Notes: a model not told the origin generated them from the letters alone. DNA of 60,487 nt, filler included, from Squatina squatina (GCA_031763465.1; 3 parts of 3 records of this genome joined end to end with filler, not necessarily neighbours in it), one strand, 5' to 3'; shown: positions 14,446 through 25,904, counted from the whole stretch's first letter. Numbers and translations are program-made.

Positions 14446-15324
14446 ATCTCACCCGCTGAAAACTGGCCTCACAGATCACAGCCTAAGAAGGCAAAAGTAT
14501 AATGATGTCTCTGAACAACGAGCAGCCATCAAAGGACAAACAGAAGGAAATACTGAATAATTCACATAATAGACCAGTAATATGACAAGCAATATGCACT
14601 TTTAGAAGATCAGGGCCTAAACATTACTGTTGACATTGTGTTCTACCAGAGGTAGGAGCAGGCTACAAGAACTTTATGGCAGCAGTTTTCAACGCCAATA
14701 TGTTCTGAATGTTTGCCAGTGGACATTATGAACACTTCCCTCATAGTAACAGTGCAAAACAGCCAAGGTTTTCACCATAGCAACTGCGCCAGCTTAGCAT
14801 AAACAAATACAGCCATGGAATGCAAGTCTGATGTGCTTTTCATAACCAAGGTTCGCAGAGGTGCATTTTTCCCCCTAACTTTCTTGCCTCTTCTCCCCTC
14901 ATCCCCTGAAGCATTGATTCATGCTGGGGTATGGCTCCAAGGTCGCCTGGTTCCCTCCGATGTTTTGCCCAATTGACTACTATTCACGTATGAGTTTGAA
15001 CAGCGAGGGTTGTCTGTCTCTTTGAGAATGCGGGATCCAGTTCTCACCTGGGAGTAGAATTTCTGCGGGAGTTCCACCATAACTTCAGTGGGAGATTGGT
15101 GGAAATGCCAATGGGACAGCAGAAGCCAGGGTTTCCGTCAATCGTCTGTTGAAGCAATGGTGGGAGATTGGGAAGTACTAACGCCGATATCCCCAAATGT
15201 GCACTTTCTGGTAGTATTCACTAGATGGTGATAAAGAGCTGTTAACTTGGTCCAGTTGGTGAATGTCATCTTGGCTAAATTGGTTATCTTGACTCAGTTG
15301 GCAGCACTCTGGGCTTTGGGTCAA

Positions 15325-15660
15325 CTCCTGTGTCAACCCCATCCAACTGCTAACCATTCGTCTAACTTTCCCCAGCCCAGTGTTCAGCAAAATTGTTAAT
15401 AGCTTCCTCTGTCCAGGCAAAACTACCATCATCACCTCCCTCCTCAAAAAGGCCAACCTTGGCCTGTCCGCCTCTTCTACTTTCTCATCCCTAAACTCCC
15501 CTTGTTGTTGAAGGTCCTTGCATGTGTCATTGCTTCCCAGCTGTGTGCTCAGCTCTTCCACAACTCACTGTTCGAACCATTCAATCCTGCTTCCACCCTG
15601 CCCACAGCACTGAGACTTACCTGGTCAAAGTCACCAACGATACCCTCTGTGACTGTAACT
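15325..15660 (+). mobile_element. Degenerate L2 LINE fragment
   Basis: Similar to 45448-45690 (cccatccaactg, atcacctccctcctcaaaaa, cacagcactgagac). Confidence 0.65.
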
Positions 15661-15669
15661 AAAGCACAG

Positions 15670-15944
15670 TGGGCGCCCAATTCATCCTTTTTTATCGGCA
15701 TTAAACTGGCACTAAATTGGCGTTAAGGGCTTAACGCCGATTTTGGGCGTTAAATTTAGCGTTGTGAAATTCGTCCCCCCTTAACGCCAGCGCCAACTGG
15801 GCGTTAAACCTTTACGGCTGAAAACGTAGATTTCAGCGTTACAGGCCCTCAGTGACGCTATCAGTAGGCGCGATGCCCAAAATGGCCGCCCGCTGGGAAA
15901 TTCGATAAGGCTGATCAGCCTTAAAACTAGTGGTGACAACGCCC
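15670..15944. mobile_element. CpG-rich transposon end with repeated GGCGTTAA/TTAACGCC motifs
   Basis: Several copies of the motif in both orientations; interrupts the L2 fragment; truncated by the scaffold end. Confidence 0.5.
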
Positions 15945-16044
15945 NNNNNNNNNNNNNNNNNNNNNNNNNNNNNNNNNNNNNNNNNNNNTTAATTAATTAA
16001 NNNNNNNNNNNNNNNNNNNNNNNNNNNNNNNNNNNNNNNNNNNN
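15945..16044. other. Artificial scaffold-concatenation linker (N44-TTAATTAATTAA-N44)
   Basis: 44 N, the palindromic 12-mer TTAATTAATTAA (stops in all six frames) at 15989-16000, then 44 N; total 100 bp. Confidence 0.97.
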
Positions 16045-16290
16045 AAACTCAACTGGTTCACTAATGTCCTTTAGGGAGGGGAATCTGCCGCCCTTACCCG
16101 GTCTGGCCTATATGTGACTCCGGACCCACAGCAACGTGGCTGGCTCTTAACTGCCCTCTGAAATGACCGAGCAAGACACTCGGTTGTAGAAGGCGGCTCA
16201 CCACCACCTCCTTTAGGGTAAATAGGGATGGGCAATAAATGCTGGCCTTGCCAACGATGCTCACATCCCAGGAATGAATATAAAAAATTG
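16045..16290 (+). mobile_element. 3' end of a SINE/LINE
   Basis: Ends ...ggcggctcaccaccacct...gggcaataaatgctggccttgcc...cacatccc...gaatgaat, a recalled chondrichthyan retroposon tail. Confidence 0.55.
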
Positions 16291-16331
16291 TCTGATCTTC
16301 ATTACATATATACATACAACCCTGGCCACAT

Positions 16332-16661
16332 TTATTGAGATTTCAAACACTGACCTTGTGAAGGAGGCAGGCTGTTCTGTTTAGCGGCAGAAGCGGATGG
16401 TTCCGATTCCGATAGTGTGTCTGGCACTTGGGAAGTGATATCCTGGGAAGAACTTTCCACAATTACAACTGGTTCTTGGGTGACGACTACTGGCGGTGCC
16501 TCTAACAACCAGACGACCTTCATTTTACTGGACCGGCAAGTGGATCCTTGTGTCCACTGTTCGACCTTAGAAACCGGATCATCCCCATCGATAATAATCC
16601 ATACCCACCTCTCCCGGAGAGGTAACTTCCCTGTTGCATACTTTGTGACTAACTCATCCAT
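16332..16661 (-). pseudogene. Putative truncated gag-like ORF (109 aa) downstream of the PBS
   Basis: ATG 17 nt after the PBS; MDELVTKYATGKLPLRERWVWII..DPVSKVEQW..KMKVVWLL then an S/P/E-rich linker. Gag identity is inferred from position. Confidence 0.5.
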
Positions 16662-16678
16662 TGTCCATTCTGAACAAT

Positions 16679-16696
16679 GTCCCTGTTCAGGCGCCA
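16679..16696 (-). other. Primer-binding site complementary to the tRNA-Lys(UUU) 3' end
   Basis: Minus strand reads TGGCGCCTGAACAGGGAC, a 17/18 match to the canonical Lys3 PBS TGGCGCCCGAACAGGGAC. Confidence 0.88.
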
Positions 16697-16699
16697 AAT

Positions 16700-17463
16700 T
16701 GTAAGACGTGCGGAATTACCCCTCGCCCTATCCAATAGTTTATAAAATTTGGAACGGAGAACAGACAATTTGAGACAAAGACTTCTGGATAAATTCTTTT
16801 TACTTAAAAATCAATAAAAGATTACAGATAAGAAATTGATGTCCTACTGTAATCCTCAGTTACACATAAATATGCCCAGACCCTTCCCTTTAATCTTAAT
16901 CAATCATAAGCAAAAAAAAAAACTCAGACAAAACTAACACCAGTGGCTGCTCGGTTCAGCTCGATGAATGGTCCGTGGCTGTTTTACCTGCGACTGATCA
17001 GGTCGCCTCCCGACTGCAGCAGTAGCTAATGTCTCTTTCGTAGCAATTTTTGTACCTTAAAAAGTTGGTTGTCCTTCATGCAAACATGTCATAGCATGCG
17101 ACCAATGATCTCCGATAAGCATTTGTTCTTGGTCTGTCTTTTCTCTGAACGTATGGTGATAGCTGCCAGTGGGTCTTTGTTCGTCACTTCCTTCTCAATC
17201 AGTTGATCAGAGGGCCTCAAATCAGAGCCAAGACATCTGCAAAAACTGGTCTTCCCCAAGTCTGTCCTCGTAAAATACTCCCAAGATGTAAACACTGGCC
17301 TCTGATCACAGCAGGCTCAACTCGCCTCCGAACAGCAGGGAACTTCCTTGCCTTTAACATTTGGATGCCTCTTTGTCTTTTACCCGAAGCATCTTGGTCA
17401 GTTTTAAATTTGGCCATGTTACTTCAAATTTTACATCAAAAAGCAAGAATATGCATTCTTACA
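16700..17463 (-). mobile_element. LTR (764 bp) of an LTR retroelement / endogenous retrovirus
   Basis: Perfect inverted termini TGTAAGA...TCTTACA, followed 3 nt later by a tRNA-Lys PBS. TATA-like TACAAAAA at 17047-17054 and AGTAAA at 16799-16804 on the minus strand. It interrupts a CR1 fragment at 17463. Confidence 0.8.
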
Positions 17464-17665
17464 GTCAATGTATCAACTGCCTCTTTAGCCATCTTTCAGG
17501 TCCAGGGGATTTATTGGCTTTCTCCAGTACCTTTTTTTCACGAATGCTAATTTCTTTCAGTTCCTCATTCTCGCTAGACCCTTGGTTCTCCACTTTCTGG
17601 GAGGTTTTTTGTATCTTCTTCTGTGAAGACAGACACACAATATTTGTTTAATTTCTCTGCTATTT
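17464..17665 (-). mobile_element. CR1-type LINE ORF2 fragment
   Basis: AEKLNKY..SVFTEEDT followed by KANKSPGP; same region as the copy at 35310-35869. Confidence 0.75.
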
Positions 17666-19249
17666 NNNNNNNNNNNNNNNNNNNNNNNNNNNNNNNNNNN
17701 NNNNNNNNNNNNNNNNNNNNNNNNNNNNNNNNNNNNNNNNNNNNNNNNNNNNNNNNNNNNNNNNNACAAAGCTTAGTTTCCATTTATCGCAGGCATTTCA
17801 TTGTTTTAGAAAGCCTGTTTTTGTTTTGGACATTTCTATACATTAAACAAGAAGTTCTTAACTTAGTGATGGGTCATTAATGTCATGTTCTGTTTTCCAT
17901 CAGATCGTTAAGTTAAAGCTAGTGTTCCATGGTACAGTAATTGGAAAGACACTTTGATGCAGATGAGTTCGTCCAAGTTCCATGCAGGTATTTTCTTAAG
18001 TTGGTGTGGGCTTAGCAGTTACATCTTTCCTCCCGTTCCCATTTCTCTTAAACTCTCTTGTTATGGATGTCTGAATTTCTCAATCATCAGTACTATCAAT
18101 GATTTTGTTTTTGGTGTTGATCTGTTTTACTGTGTTCTCGTGGTATTGGTTGCGAAAGCCAGAGCAGTTAGGGATGGATGGGAAAAGACACCATCTCTGG
18201 GCCAATGAGATTTTTGAGTGTTTGGCAAGTACAATTCAGTAATTAATTTGCCAGTTTGTTCAGCTACTCATACTATTTAAAGCTGCAGGAATGTATTTTG
18301 ATGCGTTAAAATAAATTTTAAGAGGGATCTTCACAGGGATTTCGATGTCCTTGTACACAAAACACAAAGTTAAAATGTAGATANNNNNNNNNNNNNNNNN
18401 NNNNNNNNNNNNNNNNNNNNNNNNNNNNNNNNNNNNNNNNNNNNNNNNNNNNNNNNNNNNNNNNNNNNNNNNNNNNNNNNNNNAATGAGGAAAGTCAATA
18501 GTTTCTGAACAGCTGATGCAAACATAGGTCAGCACACCCAAAACCCTATAAATGGTGAAATTCTGGATCAGCTAGTAGTTTATCTTCACTCCTGTCTTGG
18601 TTTTAAACTCCTCTTCCCCACTTTCACAAATCCATCAGATCGTATTATACCAGACATCAGACGATAAACCCAAGCTGAACTCATTTTACTTTCAGAAAGA
18701 AAGTACTTTCCAAATCCTAACTAGAAGGCTAAGCGACTTGGCAGTGTATAACACTACCTAACACAAACCAGACAATATATTGCAATTCTTTCCATTATTC
18801 AGCATGGAAAGCAAACGATGTGTCTAACGACTACAGTATTTACACTTTGTTCTTACATGCCAAGTTACACACATATATACTTCCTTTTTAAAAGGAACAT
18901 CACACAAATGCATCAAGTTCAATAGTATAAAAAAAGAGTGGCAAAGTGCACCGTTTTACAGTATATTTACAAATCCATAGCATTATTTCAAGTGGACCAT
19001 AAGCCTTCATTTTAGCTAAAAATACAATGTTATGCAATACCTACAAATGGAAATTCTATTGGCTCCAACAGCTTTGTACAGGAACAACTGATCAGGACAA
19101 GAAAGCTCATAGAATAATGCGAGGACTTAATAGTGAGTAGCCCTGCTTGTAAACCTCTTGATTTTGGAATGATGGCATGATGTCTGTCAAAGTGCAGGAT
19201 GAATTCATTAGCAAAGCTAGTAAGCACACATGCAGGTACAATCAGCTGT

Positions 19250-19369
19250 TCAAAATTCGGGACTCATGCCGTCATTGAAACATCCACAGCTGAGGTGGTT
19301 TGGCTGTTCCTCGAGACCCTTAAAGCCCTTCACTGAACCGCCATAGAAGAAAATACTCTGAAATCCATA
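19250..19369 (-). CDS. Putative terminal coding exon fragment of an unidentified gene
   Basis: Open frame from the gap edge, YGFQSIFFYGGSVKGFKGLEEQPNHLSCGCFNDGMSPEF*, followed by TE-free sequence resembling a 3'UTR. Protein not recognised. Confidence 0.4.
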   Translation of the reverse strand, partial: YGFQSIFFYGGSVKGFKGLEEQPNHLSCGCFNDGMSPEF

Positions 19370-19471
19370 ATNNNNNNNNNNNNNNNNNNNNNNNNNNNNN
19401 NNNNNNNNNNNNNNNNNNNNNNNNNNNNNNNNNNNNNNNNNNNNNNNNNNNNNNNNNNNNNNNNNNNNNNN

Positions 19472-19770
19472 GGCCCCGTCTGCTCTCTCAAGTGGACGTA
19501 ACAGATCCCGTGTGCGCTACTTTGAAGAACAGTCCAGGGGAGTTCTCTCCCTCTGTGTCCTGGGGCCAATATTTATCCCTCAATCAGCAGAACAGAAACA
19601 AACAATCTGGTCATTGTCACGTTGCTGTTTGTGGGAGCTTGCTGTGTGCAAATTGTCTGCCGTGTTTCCCACGTTACAACAGTGACTGCACTCCAAAAAG
19701 TACTTCATTGGCTGTGAAGCGCTTTGAGACATCTGGTGAAAGGCGCTATAGAAATGCAAGTCTTTCTTTG
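19472..19770 (+). mobile_element. Deu-SINE, 3' part
   Basis: Aligns by eye to 32775-33050; lies in the intron next to the desmoglein exon. Confidence 0.85.
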
Positions 19771-19789
19771 ACTTGATTTTCAATGTTAC

Positions 19790-19975
19790 CTTTTGAAGTA
19801 CCAAAATTCCTTCATTCGTTGCTTCATCGACCTCGAACCTGAAGTTCCCTGCTTCATTCCCTTCGATAATATCAAAGTGCCCCAGCCAGTTATCGGTAAA
19901 TTCTTGGTCGTTGTCAAATACTTTTATGCGCGTGACTTCATCATTCAATGTATTTTCATCCACCGATACTTCATA
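19790..19975 (-). CDS. DSG2: Desmoglein internal exon (EC3 cadherin repeat, DSG2-like), partial gene
   Basis: 186-bp phase-0 exon between acceptor ttcccttgtcttcAG and donor GTaac. Encodes YEVSVDENTLNDEVTRIKVFDNDQEFTDNWLGHFDIIEGNEAGNFRFEVDEATNEGILVLQK, matching recalled DSG2 (EVTRIKVFDADE..SDNWL..GNEGGYF..TNEGI) in length and motifs. Paralog assignment is less certain than family. Confidence 0.82.
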
Positions 19976-20189
19976 CTGAAGACAAGGGAAAAGAAGTGGG
20001 CATTTTATTCAAATGCAATTGCAGTTATGCACCGTAAATNNNNNNNNNNNNNNNNNNNNNNNNNNNNNNNNNNNNNNNNNNNNNNNNNNNNNNNNNNNNN
20101 NNNNNNNNNNNNNNNNNNNNNNNNNNNNNNNNNNNNNNNTCGATTGAGACCTTGAGTGAGATGTTTTTACTGCTTTAAGGCATCTCCCT

Positions 20190-21800
20190 AACACTACCGC
20201 ATCAACATCGCTGCCGAGAGAGACACGCTGGGCAGGAGGAGACCAGCTCAAGGAACAAGGCAGTGTATACACCTTCTTTTGGAAAGGAAAACCAGAGGAA
20301 AATGTTGTCTCCATGGGGTTGGATTCACCATAAAAAATGAACTAGTTGGGCATCTTAGCGAGTCCCCATGTGGGATAAACGAACACCTCATGAGCCTTTG
20401 GCTCACTCTAACCTGGAACCAATAAACTACAGTCGACAGTGCGTCAACCCTAGAAGCAATGGACGAGACCAAAAAGGAATTCTACTCCAGCCTTGAGCAA
20501 TCCCTGTCCCGTGTCCCAAAGGGAGACAAGCTGATTCATCTTGGCAATTTCAATGCCAGAGTTGGGAAGGACGCAAACCTCTGGAAAGATGTGGTTGGCA
20601 CGGAAGGAGTAGGGAAAGCAAACTCCAACGGAGTCCTCCTCCTGAAGGAATGCTTGGAACGTGGTTTTGTCATAATCAACACCCTATTTCATCAGAGAGA
20701 CAAGTACCAGACCTCATGACAACACCATTGCTCCAGGCATTGGCACCTACTAGACTACGTCATCGTTCGAGTGAGGGACTGCAAAGATGCCCGCATAACC
20801 CGCGCCGTGACGGGAGCCGACGATTGCTGGACTGACCACCGCCTAATCCGCTCTATTAGCTCCGTCAACCTGGCCCAAAAACGACAGCGGCAACTGAAAC
20901 AGGAAAATTAGCATTGAAGGACTCAAAGATCCCGTGAAGAAAGCTCTACTCACCCAACGCCGCACAACCAACCTGGCTACGCTCAACAAATCAGAGCCAC
21001 AGAGTGTCCACAGTGCGTGGTCCGCCCTGAAGTCTACGATTACCAGCACCTGCGGAGAGACTCTTGGTTTCTGTACCAGGAAGCATCAAGACTGGTTTGA
21101 CGAGAATGACCAGGAGATTCAGGAGCTGTTAAACCGCAAATGCAAGGCGTGCTTGAACTGGAAGCACCACGAGGGAAAGAAAACAGGTCTACAGACAAAC
21201 GAAGGCCAAGGTCCAACAAGAAACCCGGGACCTAAAGAATAGATGTTGGGTTGAAAGAGCACAGGAGATCCAGCAACTCACCAACAACCACGACATGCGT
21301 GGATTTTTCAGTGCAATCAAGACCATCCGCGGACCAAACACCCAAGGATCTACCCCGCTGAGAGCTAAGATCGGAAGCGTGCTCATCAAGGACAGAGAGG
21401 CAGTCAGCGCCCACTGGAAGGAACACTTTGAGGAACTCCTCAACTAAGACGCGGTCCTCGACGTCCGAGCCCTCGATTCTATCCCACAGCATCCTACCCG
21501 CCACTATCTCAACACAACCCCTGCCCGACACGAGGTTGAAAAGGCCATCCAGCAGCTGAGAAACAACAAGGATTCCAGCACAGATTGAACCCCTGCTGAA
21601 GTTCTAAAATACAGTGGAGAGGCACTCGTGGCACGAATCCATGACCTCCTCTCCCTTATCTGGGAGAAGGAGAGCACGCCAGGAGATTTCAGAGATGCCA
21701 TAATCATGACCATCTTCAAGAAAGGAGACAAGTCCGATTGCAGAACCTACAGAGGAGTCTCCCTGCTGTCCACCACTGGGAAGGTCATTGTAAGAATCCT
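20190..21800 (+). mobile_element. RTE-clade LINE fragment (AP endonuclease to start of RT), disrupted
   Basis: Frames give ETRWAG..QLKEQG..YTFFWKGK, KKEFYSSL..VPKGDKLI.LG.FNARVG, LLDYVIVR, CWTDHRLI, KHQDWFDEND and DFRDA.I.TIFKKGDKSDC..YRGVSLLST.GKV, with several stops and frameshifts. Confidence 0.9.
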
Positions 21801-21900
21801 NNNNNNNNNNNNNNNNNNNNNNNNNNNNNNNNNNNNNNNNNNNNNNNNNNNNNNNNNNNNNNNNNNNNNNNNNNNNNNNNNNNNNNNNNNNNNNNNNNNN

Positions 21901-22186
21901 TGGCGTGTGACTTGGAGGGGAACTTGGAGGTGGTGCTGTTCCCATGCGTCTGCTGCCCTTGTCCTTCTAGATGGTAGGGGTTATGGGTTTGGGAGGCGCT
22001 GCCTAAGGAGCCTTGGCGAGTTGCTGCAGTGCATCTTGTAGATGGTACACACCGCAGCCACGGTGCGTCGGTGGTGCAGGGAGTGGGTGTTGAAGGTGGT
22101 GGATGGGGTGCCAATCAAGCGGGCTACTTTGTCCTGGACGGTGTCGAGCTTCTTGAGTGTTGTTGGAGCTGCACTCATCCAGGCAC
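21901..22186 (-). mobile_element. Non-LTR retrotransposon ORF2 C-terminal fragment (CR1/L2/Jockey group)
   Basis: AWMSAAPTTLKKLDTVQDKVARLIG...SLHHRRTVAAVCTIYKMH matches the post-RT region of such LINEs. Confidence 0.75.
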
Positions 22187-22739
22187 TTAACCGCGGATCT
22201 GCGGGCTGCGGTTGAGTCGGTGCCAGCCTGCCCACACGCCCCGAGCTCGGGCGCCCAGGCTTTCCAGCGTGGAAGCCACGAGGTGACCAAGTGGCGCAAC
22301 GAATCCCTGTGCGGTGCTGGCGTGCGTCCAAATCCCTCTCCTCCTCCTCTCGGTTTATTTTTGTTGGGCGAGGGTTGGCCGAGGTGATTGTGGAGCCAAG
22401 GCCGGTAAAGGTGTTTGAGGTGCGGACCAGCCATGATCCCATCGAATGGCGGAACAGACCCGAGGGAGACCTCCTCCTGTTCCTATGCATCCCTGAGGAT
22501 AAGATAAACTGGAGAGAAGGAAGGGGAAAAAAAGAACTTGGGGAGAAATTGGCTGTGGGCAAAGCGGATACAGTCAACAGAAACGAAAATCGGGTGTGGT
22601 GCAAAATGGGCGCTCGATTCAGCATTTGGCATTGCCACCTGAGACCAATTTCACCTCCGTGTATTGTGGGAACATGGATCAGTGCTTATTAAAATACCGA
22701 TTGCACACAATCTCTCCCCTTTTGTCTCATCCGTCTATT

Positions 22740-23030
22740 GGATGAGACGTTAAACCGAAGCCCCTTCTGCTCTCTCAGGTGGACATAAAAGGTCCCATGG
22801 CACTATTTGAAGAAGAGCAGAGAATTTCTCCCTGGTATCCTGGCCAATATTTATCCCTTATCCGAAGATCACTAAAACAGATAATCTGGTCATAATCACA
22901 TTGCTGTTTGTGGGAGGTTACTATGTGCAAATTGGTTGCCGCGTTTCCTCCATTACAACATTTCAAAAATACCTAATTGGCTGTAAAGCGCTTTGGACCA
23001 TCCAGAGGCACTACATAAGTGCATGTTTTT
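22740..23030 (+). mobile_element. Deu-SINE, 3' part
   Basis: gatgagacgttaaaccg..caggtggacataaaa..ctgtaaagcgctttgg. Confidence 0.85.
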
Positions 23031-23219
23031 CTTTTTCTATGTATCCAATTCCTAGTGCAGAGTTTGAAACCGTGGCCCGGAATTTCTTCAGAGGTGCTCC
23101 CGCTCTGCTGTCTCCCGCTCCGTGTCGTAGCATTGCTAGTGTGTCATAAACAGGGAGCGTGTCCAAGGAAATTCCAGGACAACAACCTTCTGACCCAGAC
23201 TCTCGAGCAACTGAGCCTA

Positions 23220-23565
23220 ACTCACCCTCGTCTCCTGAGCTCTGTAACCTCCTCCAGTCCTTCAACCCTTCGAGGTCTCTGCTCTCCTCCAGGCCTGGCC
23301 TCTTGCTCATCCCCGATTTTCATCGCTCCACCATTGGTGGCCGTGCCTTCAGCTGCCCAGGCCCTAAGCTCTGGAATTCCCTCCCTAAACCTCTCTGTCG
23401 CTCCTCCTTTAACATCCTCCTTAAAATCTACCTGTTTGACTGAGCATTTGACCACCTGTCCTAGTATCTCCTTAGGCGGCTCGGTGTCAGATTTTGTCTG
23501 ATAACACTCCTGTGAAGCACCCTTGGGACTTTTTAAGGTGCTCGATCAATGGACGTTTTTGTTGT
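23220..23565 (+). mobile_element. L2 LINE 3' end
   Basis: LCNLLQ..NP.R.L.SS..GLL.IP...RSTIGGRAFS..GPKLWNSLP...LLK.YLFD followed by the 3'UTR. Confidence 0.85.
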
Positions 23566-24043
23566 AGCTGACTCTCTTGCCATTAGAGGAGATGGTGAGG
23601 CTAAAAATGGCAGTAGATGAAGGAGGATTAATGGTGGGGCCACTAAAGATGCCAATGTACATTGGAGATGCTTGCAGACAAAATACATGGTGACTGTTGC
23701 ACAGATATCTACCGCTGTAACCACTTGGAGCTTGGAATGGCCCATTTGCCAAGTCGGGTCATACTTAAAAACAAGCAGCACTGGAACTTGATCACCACAA
23801 TCTGGCAATCACAACAGTCCACCATGATCGCTCTATTTCTCCTTGAGATAAAATCTTTGCGCAAATTAGTCCTTTTGCTTTTAATCTGTCGCAAATGGGA
23901 ACTGCCTGGACCGAGTGCCAACCGTACCGGCTGCTATGGAGATTCACAACATCGGAACCTTCCCTAGGTTTTGGTGCCATGTTGCAAGGGCTTATACTCT
24001 GCTGTGCATTACGGGCACCTAAAGCAAGATTAGAAAATGTCAG

Positions 24044-24404
24044 AAGAAAGAAAGAATTTGTACTTGTAAAGGGACCTCAGGATGTCCCAAAGCGCTTTAC
24101 AACCAATTAAATACTTCTGAAGTTCAGTCATCGTTTTAATGTAGGAGATGCGACAGGCAATTTGCAGTCATCAAGCTCCCACAAACAGCAACGTGATAAT
24201 GACCAGATCATCTGTTTCAGTGATGTTGGGATGAGGGATAAATATCGGCCATATACCAGGGAGAACTCCCCTGCTCTTCTTCAAATAGTGCCACGGGATC
24301 TTTTATGTCCACCTGAGAGAGCAGATGGGGCCTCATTTTAAGGTATCATCAGAAAGTAGGCACTTCTGACAGTGCAGCGTTCCCTCAGTACTGCACTGAG
24401 GTGT
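24044..24404 (-). mobile_element. Deu-SINE, reverse copy
   Basis: Reverse complement of the same body and tail (cccaaagcgctttaca, gagggataaatat, ccctcagtactgcact). Confidence 0.85.
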
Positions 24405-25904
24405 AAGTGTTTTTAGATCGGTGCAGGTGGAATCTGCTTTGACTGCGCCTAATGCAACTCCACCCCACGGATCTCGTGGGTCCAAGGGACCCGGACATAT
24501 GNNNNNNNNNNNNNNNNNNNNNNNNNNNNNNNNNNNNNNNNNNNNNNNNNNNNNNNNNNNNNNNNNNNNNNNNNNNNNNNNNNNNNNNNNNNNNNNNNNN
24601 NTATTGTTGCTGTAACGTGTATTGTTGTCTCTCACTATATCTTTGCTACAACTTTCCAAAGCCTTTGACTGTAAGTAATGAAAATCACCATGAGCATGGT
24701 GATGTGCAATGAATATTATGAGATTTTAATGTAATTATGCTGTAAGCAGTGCATTTTGCCACTGCGAAGAGGGAATTGGGGATTAAACCATGTATGAATT
24801 CGCGAATGAAAGAAAAGGTCATGGATTGATATTACTCTAATTTGATTAGACCAAGGCTCCTTGCCTCAGCAATCAATGCTCCTCCAGCGACCATGTCTTC
24901 ACTCTCGGGCCAGCTTTGGTCCTGCGAGATTTCTTTCTAATCTCTGGCTAAACCTGTAACAAATCCTCTCATTAGAATCCATAGACAAAGAGCTCGAAAG
25001 GTTTCACGGTTCAGGTCAGATGATTTATAAAAGCTGGTGCTGTGCTCTGAAATGGCATGAAGCCTGGAATCTCTGTGGAAGGTGCGACATTCCACCCATT
25101 GACAACCTTCACCTGTGAAGCTCATTACTTAATAAAAAAAAACAGAGAATGCTGGAAACTCAGCNNNNNNNNNNNNNNNNNNNNNNNNNNNNNNNNNNNN
25201 NNNNNNNNNNNNNNNNNNNNNNNNNNNNNNNNNNNNNNNNNNNNNNNNNNNNNNNNNNNNNNNNGATCATTTTCTGACGTTGCCCTGCTAGTGCGGGGCC
25301 TCACCTGCTGACAATACATATTGAAAATTCAGGCATGCACTCTGCATGATGTTCTGAAGAAAATTGACAGAAAGCCGTGCGCAGTTCCCTGACAGCAGCA
25401 CAAACTCGGAAGATGACCCCCTATATTGGAAGCGCAGGTTCTGTGCTGATTATTCTTTTATATTGTGCATTGCTGACGTGTTATGTTGTGAGATTTACCA
25501 TCAGTTGACTAAAGAATGCAGCAGCGTAGCTGTGAGCTTGTGCATAAACTGACCTGCCGTAAGGCATCTGCTATTAAAGTCCGTGAAGTAGATTTAATTT
25601 ATTCGTACAGACAGGGAGTTTCTTTAATCAAACCCATCTGCTCCAGTCTGTGGTGCTTTAATACGAATTCCCAGTGTGTCACTTTTCTAACACAGATACG
25701 CCTTGTTACATGAAGCATATTCAGAGAGACACAAAAGAAATAAACTCTGAAAGAAGCTCCGATTATGTCAGGCATTATGTCATCGTCCCTTTGAATTCTT
25801 TGCACTTGACGGAGTCAAAATAATATCAATGTTAATCAGTGACTCTCCTTGCTCATATTTAATTATTCGTAAATTATCTTACATCGTGGCTGCCGCACTG
25901 TGTC

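Noticed and set aside
15989-16000. TTAATTAATTAA palindrome as a biological site
   Set aside because: An identical copy is centred in another 100-bp N block; it is an artificial linker.
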